Below, one piece after another: positions 9,360 to 18,919 of a stretch of 60,788 nt of DNA. Source of the DNA: a virus (Duplodnaviria > Caudoviricetes); IMG/VR virus record IMGVR_UViG_3300046169_000125, positions 1-60,788 of that record. One strand, 5' to 3'. Numbering within the stretch: position 1 is the first letter of the stretch; each line of letters starts with the position of its first letter. The notes beneath the pieces are model-generated. The model was given only the letters and a program-made list of their open reading frames with translations, was not told where the DNA came from and searched no databases. Position numbers and translations under genes: made by a program.

Positions 9360-9365
9360 AAATGT

Positions 9366-9413
9366 TTTTACACTAAAGAAAATTTTTTGTGTACTTCATT
9401 TCAAGGTATAAGG
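9366..9413. promoter_or_regulatory. Divergent putative late promoters plus AAGGTATAAGG leader motif
   Basis: GTGTAAAA on minus (14 nt before ATG 9359); GTGTAC on plus at 9389; AAGGTATAAGG at 9403-9413, 4 nt before ATG 9418. Confidence 0.6.
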
Positions 9414-9417
9414 TTTA

Positions 9418-9705
9418 ATGAACGCAGAAGACATTTTTAAAAAATGTTGTCACAGGAATACGGTTTCCCTTTTTAAGGGTTTCCTCGTAATGCTTGAGGA
9501 CTTACATAAAGAGCATGAGATTAATTTCAATAAGTTAAGAAATAATCTTCCAGAGGGTTGTGTCCCTATTGTTGATCAAGCCGACTACTTTGATGAAGAA
9601 AAATTACAACATCTTCGCAAACGGACTCTCGATATTGGTAACGAAACAATTAGAAATATCATGGGAGATTTAGATAATTATACTATAGGCTTTACATTTA
9701 AATAA
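9418..9705 (+). CDS. Hypothetical protein (first gene of tail chaperone operon)
   Basis: 95-aa ORF with promoter and leader motif; tightly coupled to the next gene. Confidence 0.75.
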   Translation: MNAEDIFKKCCHRNTVSLFKGFLVMLEDLHKEHEINFNKLRNNLPEGCVPIVDQADYFDEEKLQHLRKRTLDIGNETIRNIMGDLDNYTIGFTFK

Positions 9706-9707
9706 TC

Positions 9708-10535
9708 ATGTCAGAATCAGCAACACAAGAAAAAACGCTTCCTACAATGGATGATACTCGAAAGAAATTACGTGAAATTTATAGTTTTACGTTCGAAAAA
9801 GAGGAGAAAGTAAAACGTACTGAAACAAGTAGCGTAAAGAATCCCGAAACAGGAGAACAAGAAGAAGTGTCCGTAACCAAAGAGGTTACAGATAAGGTTC
9901 CCTACCGCATCGTGATGAAGCAACCCACGCGTCGCCAGATTGAAGAGGCTGAGCTTGAGTTTAGTGTCGAGATGAGTAATTGTATTAAGAAAGGTGTGTT
10001 GACGAAAGCTATGCTTGCCAAAAAGTATAGTGACACAGGTGGACTGCTTGCCGAAGAAGATGCAAAAGCGTTAACAAGTATGTATGTTAAGTACGGCGAA
10101 CTATCTCAAGAAAGCGAAAAGCTTGGAATCAAATCATCCACTCTCAATGAAAAAGATACTGAGCGCATGAATGACATCGCAGGAGAAATTGCTACTTTGC
10201 GAAAAGATATTGTTAATGTTGAAACATCATATTCTAATTTATTCAATCATACTGCCGATGTTCGTGCAGAAAATAAAGTTATACAATGGTACATATTGAA
10301 TCTTACATTTTTACAAAAATCAGATGAAGAAGATATGACTCCGTTGTTTGCGGGCAATGACTTTGAACAAAAATTACAAACCTACTATGAAATGGAAGAA
10401 GAAGGAGATGAATTGTATGACATTGTGGGAGGAAAGATTGCGGCGCTCTATAGCTTTTGGTATTACAGTAGTGGTGCAGTGGGCAAAGCTGATTTCGAAA
10501 AGCTTGACAACGACATCGAAGAAGGAAATATATAA
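9708..10535 (+). CDS. Putative tail assembly chaperone
   Basis: Acidic helical protein upstream of tape measure; MKQPTRRQ motif. Confidence 0.6.
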   Translation: MSESATQEKTLPTMDDTRKKLREIYSFTFEKEEKVKRTETSSVKNPETGEQEEVSVTKEVTDKVPYRIVMKQPTRRQIEEAELEFSVEMSNCIKKGVLTKAMLAKKYSDTGGLLAEEDAKALTSMYVKYGELSQESEKLGIKSSTLNEKDTERMNDIAGEIATLRKDIVNVETSYSNLFNHTADVRAENKVIQWYILNLTFLQKSDEEDMTPLFAGNDFEQKLQTYYEMEEEGDELYDIVGGKIAALYSFWYYSSGAVGKADFEKLDNDIEEGNI

Positions 10536-10538
10536 TGC

Positions 10539-11525
10539 GTGGAATCGACGAAGCGCAGAAGAATCTTTAGGGACGTTGTTCGCGGCTACTCTAGCACGCT
10601 TTTCAACGACAAGCTTGTATATATAAAACATCTCACTCCACACGATCAGGTGGAGCTTGAGGAAATTGAAGAGCGTTATCACAACGAGGCATTGCGGCGC
10701 GGTGTGCCCACCGAGGCAGACATGCTTGAGTTTCTGAAGGGGGAAGGTCAATGGCTTGACGAAGACGAACGTGTGATCACCGAGAAAACTCTTTATCTTG
10801 AAAATTTAAAAAAAGCATTAACCAAGCTCGTGCTCAAAAAAGATGTTGATCGACAAAAAAGTGTGATTGCAAAAGAGGAAAAGTTGCTGCTCGAAAAACA
10901 AACACAGAAAATACAACTTGTTGGCAACACATGCGAAAAGTACGCGAAAGATCGACTCAATGATTTTTATATGATCAAGAGTTTCTTTAAAGATGCCGAC
11001 ATGAAAACAGAATTGTTCAGCGAAGAGGTGTTTGACGAGCTTGAAAATTACGACATCAAAAAAATAATCTTTACATACAACGATATCTTTCAAAGTTTCA
11101 GCGAAGAAAATATACAATATACAATACTAGAAGATTTTTACAATCCATATCTCAGCTTTGCAGAAGATAGTCTACAATTTTATGGAAAACCATTTTGTGA
11201 TCTAACATACAATCAAATAAGATTGATCGTATATACTAGAGTGTTTAAAAATATATTTGACTCAAATGAAAATATACCTGAGAACATAAGAAAAGATCCC
11301 GCGAAATTGTTGGAATTTGGTAGCAGTTCAAAAGAAGAGCGCGACAAAGTGAAAGACAAACTTTCTCAAGGAGATGGCGGCACAATTGTTGGCGCAAAAC
11401 GCGAAGATTATGAACAACTAGGAGTCAAAAAACAAAAGGGCGGAGTTGATCTACATGAGGAAGCAAAGAAAAAAGGTGGAACATTAAATATGGAAGATTT
11501 GATGAAATTGCATGGTGTGACATAA
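10539..11525 (+). CDS. Putative second tail assembly chaperone
   Basis: Directly upstream of tape measure; helical; YIKHLT and FYGKPF.DLT.NQ motifs; similar style to the preceding gene. Confidence 0.55.
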   Translation: MESTKRRRIFRDVVRGYSSTLFNDKLVYIKHLTPHDQVELEEIEERYHNEALRRGVPTEADMLEFLKGEGQWLDEDERVITEKTLYLENLKKALTKLVLKKDVDRQKSVIAKEEKLLLEKQTQKIQLVGNTCEKYAKDRLNDFYMIKSFFKDADMKTELFSEEVFDELENYDIKKIIFTYNDIFQSFSEENIQYTILEDFYNPYLSFAEDSLQFYGKPFCDLTYNQIRLIVYTRVFKNIFDSNENIPENIRKDPAKLLEFGSSSKEERDKVKDKLSQGDGGTIVGAKREDYEQLGVKKQKGGVDLHEEAKKKGGTLNMEDLMKLHGVT

Positions 11526-11530
11526 TTTTG

Positions 11531-11560
11531 GTGTATTAATACCTTATCTAAGGAATAAGG
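11531..11560 (+). promoter_or_regulatory. Putative late promoter GTGTATTA plus AAGGAATAAGG leader motif
   Basis: Motif 34 nt before TMP ATG; tandem AAGG ends 4 nt before ATG; CCTTAT can pair with ATAAGG. Confidence 0.65.
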
Positions 11561-11564
11561 AAAT

Positions 11565-14500
11565 ATGGCTATTGATCTTGATGTACATGGTAATACAAAA
11601 CCGCTTGAAGCGGCGGTACAGGCGGCTGTAAATAGAATTCGTCGTCAACCAATTAAAATTACGGTTGATGACAAGGGCGCCACCCAGCCATTGGGCAACA
11701 TGAAGCGTGGTGCTGATGAGTTTACCAAATCGATGGAAGCGGCGAATGCTCGTATTCTTGCGTTCGGTGCGAGTATGGCAATCATAAATGGTGTGGCTAA
11801 TGCATTCAAGGGTATGGTCAAAAACCTTGTTGAGGTTGAGAAAGCTATGGCTGACGTTAATGTGGTCATGGGTTTGAGCGCTCAAAACTTGGAAAAATTT
11901 AGTGATGGACTTTTTAAAGTGGCAAAAGAAACTGGTGCGGCATTCAGGGTTGCTGCAGATGCCGCTACAGAATATGCTCGTCAGGGCTTGGGTGTTGAAG
12001 AATCTCTAAAAAGAACGAGAGACGCTTTGGTTCTTACTCGCTTGACTGGCATGGACTCTGCCGAAGCAGTAAAATCCTTGACTGCCGCGATGAACACATA
12101 CGGCACACAAATCAAAGATACCACGCAATTGGTTAGTAAGTTTGCTGCTGTTGATGTTAAGTTTGCGGTTAGCGCCCAAGATTTTGCGGACGCTATTTCT
12201 CGTACTGGTCAATCTGCTCAAAGCGCTGGGGTGAGCATTGACGAGCTTGTGGGTATTGTAACTGCTGCTCAGCAAAAAACTGCTCGTGGTGGTGCGGTTA
12301 TTGGTAATGCGTTGAAAACAATTTTCACAAAAACAGGAAAAACCGATACTCTCAATCAACTTGAAAATTTAGGAATCGCAGTTCGCGATCTTGAGGGAAA
12401 TACAATTGGTGCACAACGCATACTGAATGATCTCGCCAATACGTTTGATACTCTTAGTGCTGCGCAAAAAGCTCAGATTACTCAAACAATGGGCGGTTTG
12501 TTTCACATCAATATTTTGAAAGCTGTTTTGAGTGACGCCGCAAAACAAAATGGTATCATGGCTGAGGCTACCAGAATATCTGCTGGTGCTACAGATGAAG
12601 CTATACAAAAGAATGAAGAGTTGCGCAAAACAATGTCTGCGGTTGCCACAGAAACAGGGCTCGCAATCAAACAAGTTAGTACTCAAATAGGTGAAATAGC
12701 ACTTGCTCCAGGAATGGAAAAGATTCTCAACTCTGTTAAAAGTCTGGCAGAAGGATTGAGTGGAGTGTTGGGAGATGGAGAAAGTACTGGAAGTAGTTTT
12801 GCCACTGGCCTTCTTAAAGGTATTGGTAATGTTATTACTGGGCCAGGACTTGTTGTTCTCGCGGGTGTATTTTTTAAATTATTTGGTCAAGCATTAAAGT
12901 TTACAAAAGAAAGCTTGACATCGTTGGTCGGCGTAACAACCGAAAAACAAAAACAAAAAGCCATACAAACAAGCTTGGTTGCACTGTTTGGTCAAAATGC
13001 AGCGCTCAACAAAGAAATGTTGCGTACTGATATTGGTCGCACCGAAAAAGAAAAAATCATACTAGGCCTACTCAAGGCGCAAGTTGTAGAAGCTAAAGCG
13101 TTGAATACTTTAACTGCTGGCATGGCTGGCACATTGTATCGAAAAGGGTATGGCGCAAATTTAACACCTGTTGGTAAAAAAGCAAGTGGACACATTCCAA
13201 ATTATGCAAATCCAGAACGCGCACAAGCTGCGCAGGGTGGATATGCCGCTGGAAGTATTCGAAGTATGAACATGCCTGGCGAAGGCCCAGTCATATACAA
13301 CAGCGCAGAAACAGTCAAAAATTTCGCAGGCTTTAAACAACCCGCAATCATGCCACCACAATCCAGCAAGGCTGGAAAAAATTATCAACAAGCATTTGGT
13401 AATATACATGGATTCGATCCATATGCTGCGGGGGGATATATACCAAATTTTAAGAAATCGAAAGCGAAAACTAAGGAAAAAGCTGGGCCGCCTATTAATT
13501 TAAATAGTTTGTTTGGGTCGCAAATTAAATCTATGGGAGTTTTGTTAGGTTTTGGGTCAGAGGGACCCGCTAAAGGACAAAAGTATAGTCAAACCTATAA
13601 TAGTTTACCTCCAAATGCTAAAGCGGTGTTAAAGAAGAAAAATATAGTTGATCGTGGTACATCGCAAGTAGTTGCAAAATTGCCAACCAAGGCTGTTTAC
13701 GAAGTAACCGAAGCGGACGTTGGAAAGATTGGAGGGGTTTTAGGAAAAAGCGAATTAGAGAAAAAGCTTTATCACTATGTTGGCCGCCCTTTTGATAAAT
13801 TTTCTCAAGCCATTGGAATGGATATGTTTGGAGGTAAAGTTGGTAAAGCTGGAATTAATGTTTTAAAGACACATATGGAAGGTTCTGTGCTGGGAGGTTT
13901 GTTTGAATCTGCAGTGAGGGGATCTTTAGATAATAAAAAAGTTAAAGATAGTCAAGCTCCTTTTGATTTCACCGGTTCTAACGCTGAGAATATTGCGGGG
14001 TTCATGGGTAACAAGAACTTGAGCCTGATTGAGGCAAAGTATAATTTATCTGCAGCAAAAGGAGGAGGTATTCCAAAAAAAGTTTTAAATTATATTTATA
14101 AAAATTCTAAGGGCTCAACTGAAGTTAGTCATACCAGTGACTTAATAACAAAAAAAGGTGAAGATATTTATGTGGGCGCCGAGAAATTTGACAATACAAA
14201 TAAAGATCAAATTAACAGGCTGGAGGAAGCGGAGCTTCCTACTACTTGGCAAAAATTAAATAAACTATTTAACGCTAGCGGTTTTATTCCCAACTTCGCT
14301 GACCCATTATCTGATGCAATAGGCCGAGAAAAAGCGGCTGGCGTTCCAGTTTCACAAATTCGTGTGGGCTCACACGGCGCACTCATGAGCAAAGGAAATC
14401 CCCTCGGCCTCGGCGTAACCAATACACATGATGAGCCAAATGGTTTGCGTGATGTGTTTGGTGCGAATGGATTTGTGCCGAATTACTTTAACCCCCTAGA

Positions 14501-17500
14501 CGGTATAAAAAGTTCTATAGCAAACACAAAATTTGGACAAAACTGGGAAAAAGCCACTACAGAACACGCCAAAAAAATAGAGAAGTTAAATCGCAGAATA
14601 GAGCAAAGAGTACAAGCTATACAAAAACATAATCAAGAGCTGTCGACACTTACCAAGGGTACTAGCGAGTATAGGGCAGCACAATCAAAACTTAAAAGTA
14701 CTACAAGTAATCTAGATAAAACCAGAGCGAAATTGAGTGTTCTTGAAAAATCTTCAGCCACAGGAATCGGAGGTAGAATGGGAAGGTTATCTTCTGGCCT
14801 TGGGAGGGCTTTTTCAGGAAACACTGGTATGGCAATGATGATGGGAGCACCAATGGCCGCGGGTTTTTTACAACAAGGTGGAATGGGTGCTCAAGGAGGT
14901 AATCAAAGTATGTATGCCGCAGGAGGAGCCTTAACAGGCGCTGCTTCTGGAGCAATGATGGCAAGTGTGATCGCGCCAATGTTTGGACCCGGCGCACCGC
15001 TGGTGATAGCGCTCGGGGGTGCTGTTGGAGCTTATCAGGGTTGGGCGAGTGCAACCGAAGAAAATACAAAAGCTTTAAAAAATGCAGAATTAAAAAGGCA
15101 ACAAGGGGTTGTTTCCTCTTTTGTGACTACAAGTCCAAAGTTTATGCAAAAATTTTCTAAAAACATATTTGATGATATGAGTCAAGAGGGTAAGCAGGTT
15201 ATGAAGATGGCTGCTCCAAAGTACACAGCTACTACGCCTCCCGATATCAGTGAAAAGGATTTTCTTACAAGGGGCCCGAATAACCCAATATTTAAAATGA
15301 AAATACCTTTTATTTCTGACCTTTTTGGCCCGTCAGCAGGAGAGATAGATCAGATCACGAAATATCGTGAGCAAGGAGATCAACAAAATGAATTTCAAAA
15401 AATTCAAAAATACCAAGTCGGCACTATGAAAAAAGCTATAGGCTCTATGGGTGATGAAGAGTTTTTGCTACCATCTTATATAAAAGATAAAGAAGGGAAA
15501 ATACAAAAACAGGATCAACCTGAACGACAAAAAGCATCTGATTATTTAAAGAAATTAGAAAAAATAGATTTTTTTAAAGTTGAGGATACAGGAGATGTAA
15601 AAAGAATTGAGGCGTTAAGATCTGCATTGTATAAAATTTATCAAGAACAAATCACTGCAGAGCACGATCAAAGTGAAGCAATAATTCTACAGTTAAATAT
15701 TCAAAAAGTCATGCTTGAATCTCAAAAAAGAGCAAAGCAAGCACAGTTTAATATTTCTTCCTCCATGCAAGCCCAAGCAAGTAATCTATCTTTAATGGAA
15801 AAAACAATGGGTGGATTTGCAACCGAACAACAGAAGGCTCAATTTAAATATATTGGATCAATAAATAAAGCCGCCGAAACTTATGCATCTTCTGCGCAGC
15901 AAGCTGAGAACGCTTTTGAGTCTAATATGTTGGGGGTACTTAAGGATGATGATGTAAAAAGTAAAGTCAAAACCGCACTAGCAAAGAGAATTAAGGAAAG
16001 GGGCGGCGGAAAAGTAGACGCAAATAAACTTGATGTTTCAGATGAATTAATAAATCTTTCCCAAGAAGAAAGGCAGGAGATGTATAAAGAATTGAAACTT
16101 GGAGACGACATTACTAAAAATATAGAAAACCAAGTTACTGCTCGAGAAAACGCATTAAGCCTTGCAGCGCAGCAAGTAAATCAATCAAACTCAATTGCAC
16201 AGTCAGAATTTAGAGTAAATGACGCTATTGCTAGAAGAAAAGATCTAATAAGTAATTTAAAGTCCGGCGGAGCCTTAATGTCTCAAGCGCTTGGTCATGC
16301 TCAAGCTATGCGAGGAATGGATGCACAAGTGGGCGCTGCACAAAGATTAACTAACGTAGGACCCGGATATCAAACACGTGCCGAGCAAGAAGCTTTTCAA
16401 ATGAGGGAAAAACAAATTGCGCTAGAAGATCAAATAAAAACAATTCGAGAAAACGCCACAATAGAGCTTCAAAAAGAGCAAACTAATCTTGAAGAAATAA
16501 AAATGGAGGAGCAGCAACTTCTAGATTTAAAAGCAAAAAGAGATAGCTTTGTTGGGGCTGGTGCAGAACTTGATGAAGATGACTTAGCTACTTTAAATGG
16601 TTTAATTCAGACTGAAGATAAAAGAAATCAAGCAAAAGAAAAAACACAAAATGCTATAGACAATATACTCAAGAAATCAGAAAAAGAAGTATCTACCGCC
16701 GAAAAACTATTAGCTTTAGAAGAAAAAAGATTAGCCGCAAAGCGCGCGCATGAAACTGGCCCAGGTGCATTTGGCAGAGGAATGAGTGACACCACGAAAT
16801 CAATGCGCGAACAAGTTAAAATGATGGATTACGAACTTGGCAAAAGAATACCAAGCGCTTTTGCCGACGGACTTGCCGGAGCAATGACCGAAGCAATCAA
16901 TGGAACAAAAAGCCTAAAAGATGCATTGACTGATGCCGCGGTTGGATTTCTTGGAATGATTCAACAAGCAATGATGCAAAAAATGGCCTATCAAATGGTG
17001 GGTGCAACGGGATTATTCTCTCGAGGTGGAAATGTTCGCAAATATTCAAAGGGTGGTGGGGTGCCTGCAATGGTAAGCAATGGTGAATATGTTATGGGTC
17101 GCGATGCAGTAAATAAATATGGCGGATCATTCATGCACGGAATGAATGCTGGCGGACGCATACCTGGATTTGCTAGTGGAGGGTCGGTAGAAAATGATTT
17201 ATTATCAAAAGGAAAAATAAGAAGAGAAGGTGCGCCAGGAGGTCCCGCAGCGCAAGGTTCTGCACTGGCATCTAATTTTGGAGGAGGACGAGGATTTGAT
17301 TCTGGTAGATTATATCAAAGAAAAGCAATGAGCGGCTCTTTTTACGCTCAATCTGGAAATGTAGGATTGGGAGAAGATACAAGCGCAATACAAGCAATAC
17401 TTTCAGAAGAAGAACGTCTTCGTCAAGAAGCTGAAGCAAAACGGCAAGCCAAAAAAGCAAAACGTAGACAGTTGCTGGGAATGGTTGCGAGTATTGGATT

Positions 17501-18047
17501 GATGTATGGATTGGGTAAAATGAATTTGTTTGGGTCAAAAACTCCTCAAGGAAGTATGTCTGCTCCGACCCGACCAGGTAGCGTTGGAGCTTGGTTTCTT
17601 AACCCAACAAACAGATACATGGGCGGCCCAATTCGCAAATACGCCAGCGGCGGACACATCGCAGGAAAATCTGGCATCGACCAAATTCCCGCAATGCTCA
17701 GTGAGGGAGAATATGTTATTCGTGCAAGTAGCGCTCGCCAAATTGGCAAGCCAATGCTTGATCAAATAAATGCAGGTAAATTTAATGAAGGAGGACCTGT
17801 CAGCGAAATCGGAGGTTCAAGTGAAACCGGATCGACTGGTGGCAACACAAACAACATTAGTATTTCTGTGAATATGGAACGTGGTTCGTCAAATAAGCAG
17901 CAACAACAAGATGATTCAAGCGGGCAAAATCCTGCAGATAAATCAAATGAAGAGCAAAGTAATGCTAAGCTTGCAGAACGCATCAAACAACAAGTAGTTT
18001 CCGTAATTGTGGAGGAACAACGTCCAGGAGGTTTATTGAGTGATTAA
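11565..18047 (+). CDS. Tail tape measure protein (TP901-type N-terminal core) with inserted domains
   Basis: 2160 aa; TP901 core (EYARQG, AVSAQDFADAISRTG, GAVIGNALKTIF); A/G-rich hydrophobic segments; two PAM.S.GEYV modules; followed by distal tail genes. Confidence 0.95.
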   Translation: MAIDLDVHGNTKPLEAAVQAAVNRIRRQPIKITVDDKGATQPLGNMKRGADEFTKSMEAANARILAFGASMAIINGVANAFKGMVKNLVEVEKAMADVNVVMGLSAQNLEKFSDGLFKVAKETGAAFRVAADAATEYARQGLGVEESLKRTRDALVLTRLTGMDSAEAVKSLTAAMNTYGTQIKDTTQLVSKFAAVDVKFAVSAQDFADAISRTGQSAQSAGVSIDELVGIVTAAQQKTARGGAVIGNALKTIFTKTGKTDTLNQLENLGIAVRDLEGNTIGAQRILNDLANTFDTLSAAQKAQITQTMGGLFHINILKAVLSDAAKQNGIMAEATRISAGATDEAIQKNEELRKTMSAVATETGLAIKQVSTQIGEIALAPGMEKILNSVKSLAEGLSGVLGDGESTGSSFATGLLKGIGNVITGPGLVVLAGVFFKLFGQALKFTKESLTSLVGVTTEKQKQKAIQTSLVALFGQNAALNKEMLRTDIGRTEKEKIILGLLKAQVVEAKALNTLTAGMAGTLYRKGYGANLTPVGKKASGHIPNYANPERAQAAQGGYAAGSIRSMNMPGEGPVIYNSAETVKNFAGFKQPAIMPPQSSKAGKNYQQAFGNIHGFDPYAAGGYIPNFKKSKAKTKEKAGPPINLNSLFGSQIKSMGVLLGFGSEGPAKGQKYSQTYNSLPPNAKAVLKKKNIVDRGTSQVVAKLPTKAVYEVTEADVGKIGGVLGKSELEKKLYHYVGRPFDKFSQAIGMDMFGGKVGKAGINVLKTHMEGSVLGGLFESAVRGSLDNKKVKDSQAPFDFTGSNAENIAGFMGNKNLSLIEAKYNLSAAKGGGIPKKVLNYIYKNSKGSTEVSHTSDLITKKGEDIYVGAEKFDNTNKDQINRLEEAELPTTWQKLNKLFNASGFIPNFADPLSDAIGREKAAGVPVSQIRVGSHGALMSKGNPLGLGVTNTHDEPNGLRDVFGANGFVPNYFNPLDGIKSSIANTKFGQNWEKATTEHAKKIEKLNRRIEQRVQAIQKHNQELSTLTKGTSEYRAAQSKLKSTTSNLDKTRAKLSVLEKSSATGIGGRMGRLSSGLGRAFSGNTGMAMMMGAPMAAGFLQQGGMGAQGGNQSMYAAGGALTGAASGAMMASVIAPMFGPGAPLVIALGGAVGAYQGWASATEENTKALKNAELKRQQGVVSSFVTTSPKFMQKFSKNIFDDMSQEGKQVMKMAAPKYTATTPPDISEKDFLTRGPNNPIFKMKIPFISDLFGPSAGEIDQITKYREQGDQQNEFQKIQKYQVGTMKKAIGSMGDEEFLLPSYIKDKEGKIQKQDQPERQKASDYLKKLEKIDFFKVEDTGDVKRIEALRSALYKIYQEQITAEHDQSEAIILQLNIQKVMLESQKRAKQAQFNISSSMQAQASNLSLMEKTMGGFATEQQKAQFKYIGSINKAAETYASSAQQAENAFESNMLGVLKDDDVKSKVKTALAKRIKERGGGKVDANKLDVSDELINLSQEERQEMYKELKLGDDITKNIENQVTARENALSLAAQQVNQSNSIAQSEFRVNDAIARRKDLISNLKSGGALMSQALGHAQAMRGMDAQVGAAQRLTNVGPGYQTRAEQEAFQMREKQIALEDQIKTIRENATIELQKEQTNLEEIKMEEQQLLDLKAKRDSFVGAGAELDEDDLATLNGLIQTEDKRNQAKEKTQNAIDNILKKSEKEVSTAEKLLALEEKRLAAKRAHETGPGAFGRGMSDTTKSMREQVKMMDYELGKRIPSAFADGLAGAMTEAINGTKSLKDALTDAAVGFLGMIQQAMMQKMAYQMVGATGLFSRGGNVRKYSKGGGVPAMVSNGEYVMGRDAVNKYGGSFMHGMNAGGRIPGFASGGSVENDLLSKGKIRREGAPGGPAAQGSALASNFGGGRGFDSGRLYQRKAMSGSFYAQSGNVGLGEDTSAIQAILSEEERLRQEAEAKRQAKKAKRRQLLGMVASIGLMYGLGKMNLFGSKTPQGSMSAPTRPGSVGAWFLNPTNRYMGGPIRKYASGGHIAGKSGIDQIPAMLSEGEYVIRASSARQIGKPMLDQINAGKFNEGGPVSEIGGSSETGSTGGNTNNISISVNMERGSSNKQQQQDDSSGQNPADKSNEEQSNAKLAERIKQQVVSVIVEEQRPGGLLSD

Positions 18048-18049
18048 TT

Positions 18050-18919
18050 ATGAGTTATTCAAACTATGAACAAAAAGTCATTATTAATGGTTATGAATTA
18101 CTTGGAGTTCAAAGTGTTGATGGTAATTATGGTATAAGCGAAAAGCCTGTCAGGGTTGCTGGAGTGGGATTTATTGACGCAGTTATCGATAGTCCTCTTG
18201 AGGGTAATTTTAGTATCAATAGGAAAATGGTCAGCAATGACCCCTTGATTGAAAAATCTGGAAGTCAATATTTATATGATGAACAAGAAATTAGCGGCGC
18301 AATACTATACGACAACGATACAAAAGGTTTTGGTTTCACAAAAGGTAGAATGTCTAGATATACAGCTAGCTGCTCTGTAGGCGAAGTTCCTGATGTACAG
18401 GTTGATATAACTGTATATGGAGATTTGGGTAGCGGAGTAAGTATGAACTCCCCTTCAGAAACACATCCTCCTGTACAATACCCAGATCAATCTGGTATGC
18501 GCGTCACGGTTAGTGATTTTTCGATTGATGCGATAAGCGACTTTAGTTTTAGTAGAACTATAAACACCCAACCTTTCTACGCTATTCCAAAAGGTGATTC
18601 CTCGGATTGGACTAACGGTACAGCTGGAACTAAAAATTTAGAACCTATACAAATCGACACACAATACCCTATAGAAACTGATATTAATTTTACTATAATT
18701 GCTGATAATTATGAAGTTCGTGAAATAAAAGATAGAATACAAGCTGCTCCAGAGAGTGATGTTAAGATAGAAATATTTGATTCTATTAGTGGTACATTAA
18801 TAAATGAATTTATTGGTGAGAACGTGAGGTTGATTAGTGAGAGCATAAATAGTACTACAGAAGAAGAAATGAGTATCTCTTTAACATATAAGGGATATAA
18901 AACTTTGCACAATTCATAA
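18050..18919 (+). CDS. Tail tube-fold minor tail protein
   Basis: LLGVQSVDGNY, YTASCSVGEVP, ISDFSFS and TQYPIETDINFTI echo the motifs of 6041..7360. Confidence 0.6.
   Translation: MSYSNYEQKVIINGYELLGVQSVDGNYGISEKPVRVAGVGFIDAVIDSPLEGNFSINRKMVSNDPLIEKSGSQYLYDEQEISGAILYDNDTKGFGFTKGRMSRYTASCSVGEVPDVQVDITVYGDLGSGVSMNSPSETHPPVQYPDQSGMRVTVSDFSIDAISDFSFSRTINTQPFYAIPKGDSSDWTNGTAGTKNLEPIQIDTQYPIETDINFTIIADNYEVREIKDRIQAAPESDVKIEIFDSISGTLINEFIGENVRLISESINSTTEEEMSISLTYKGYKTLHNS

Noticed and set aside
10504-10536. TTGACA...TATAAT as a promoter for 10539
   Set aside because: Spacer is 21 nt and the -10 is only 2 nt from the start codon
11544-17986. Antisense ORFs within the tape measure gene
   Set aside because: Short, motif-free, typical codon-bias shadows of a long gene
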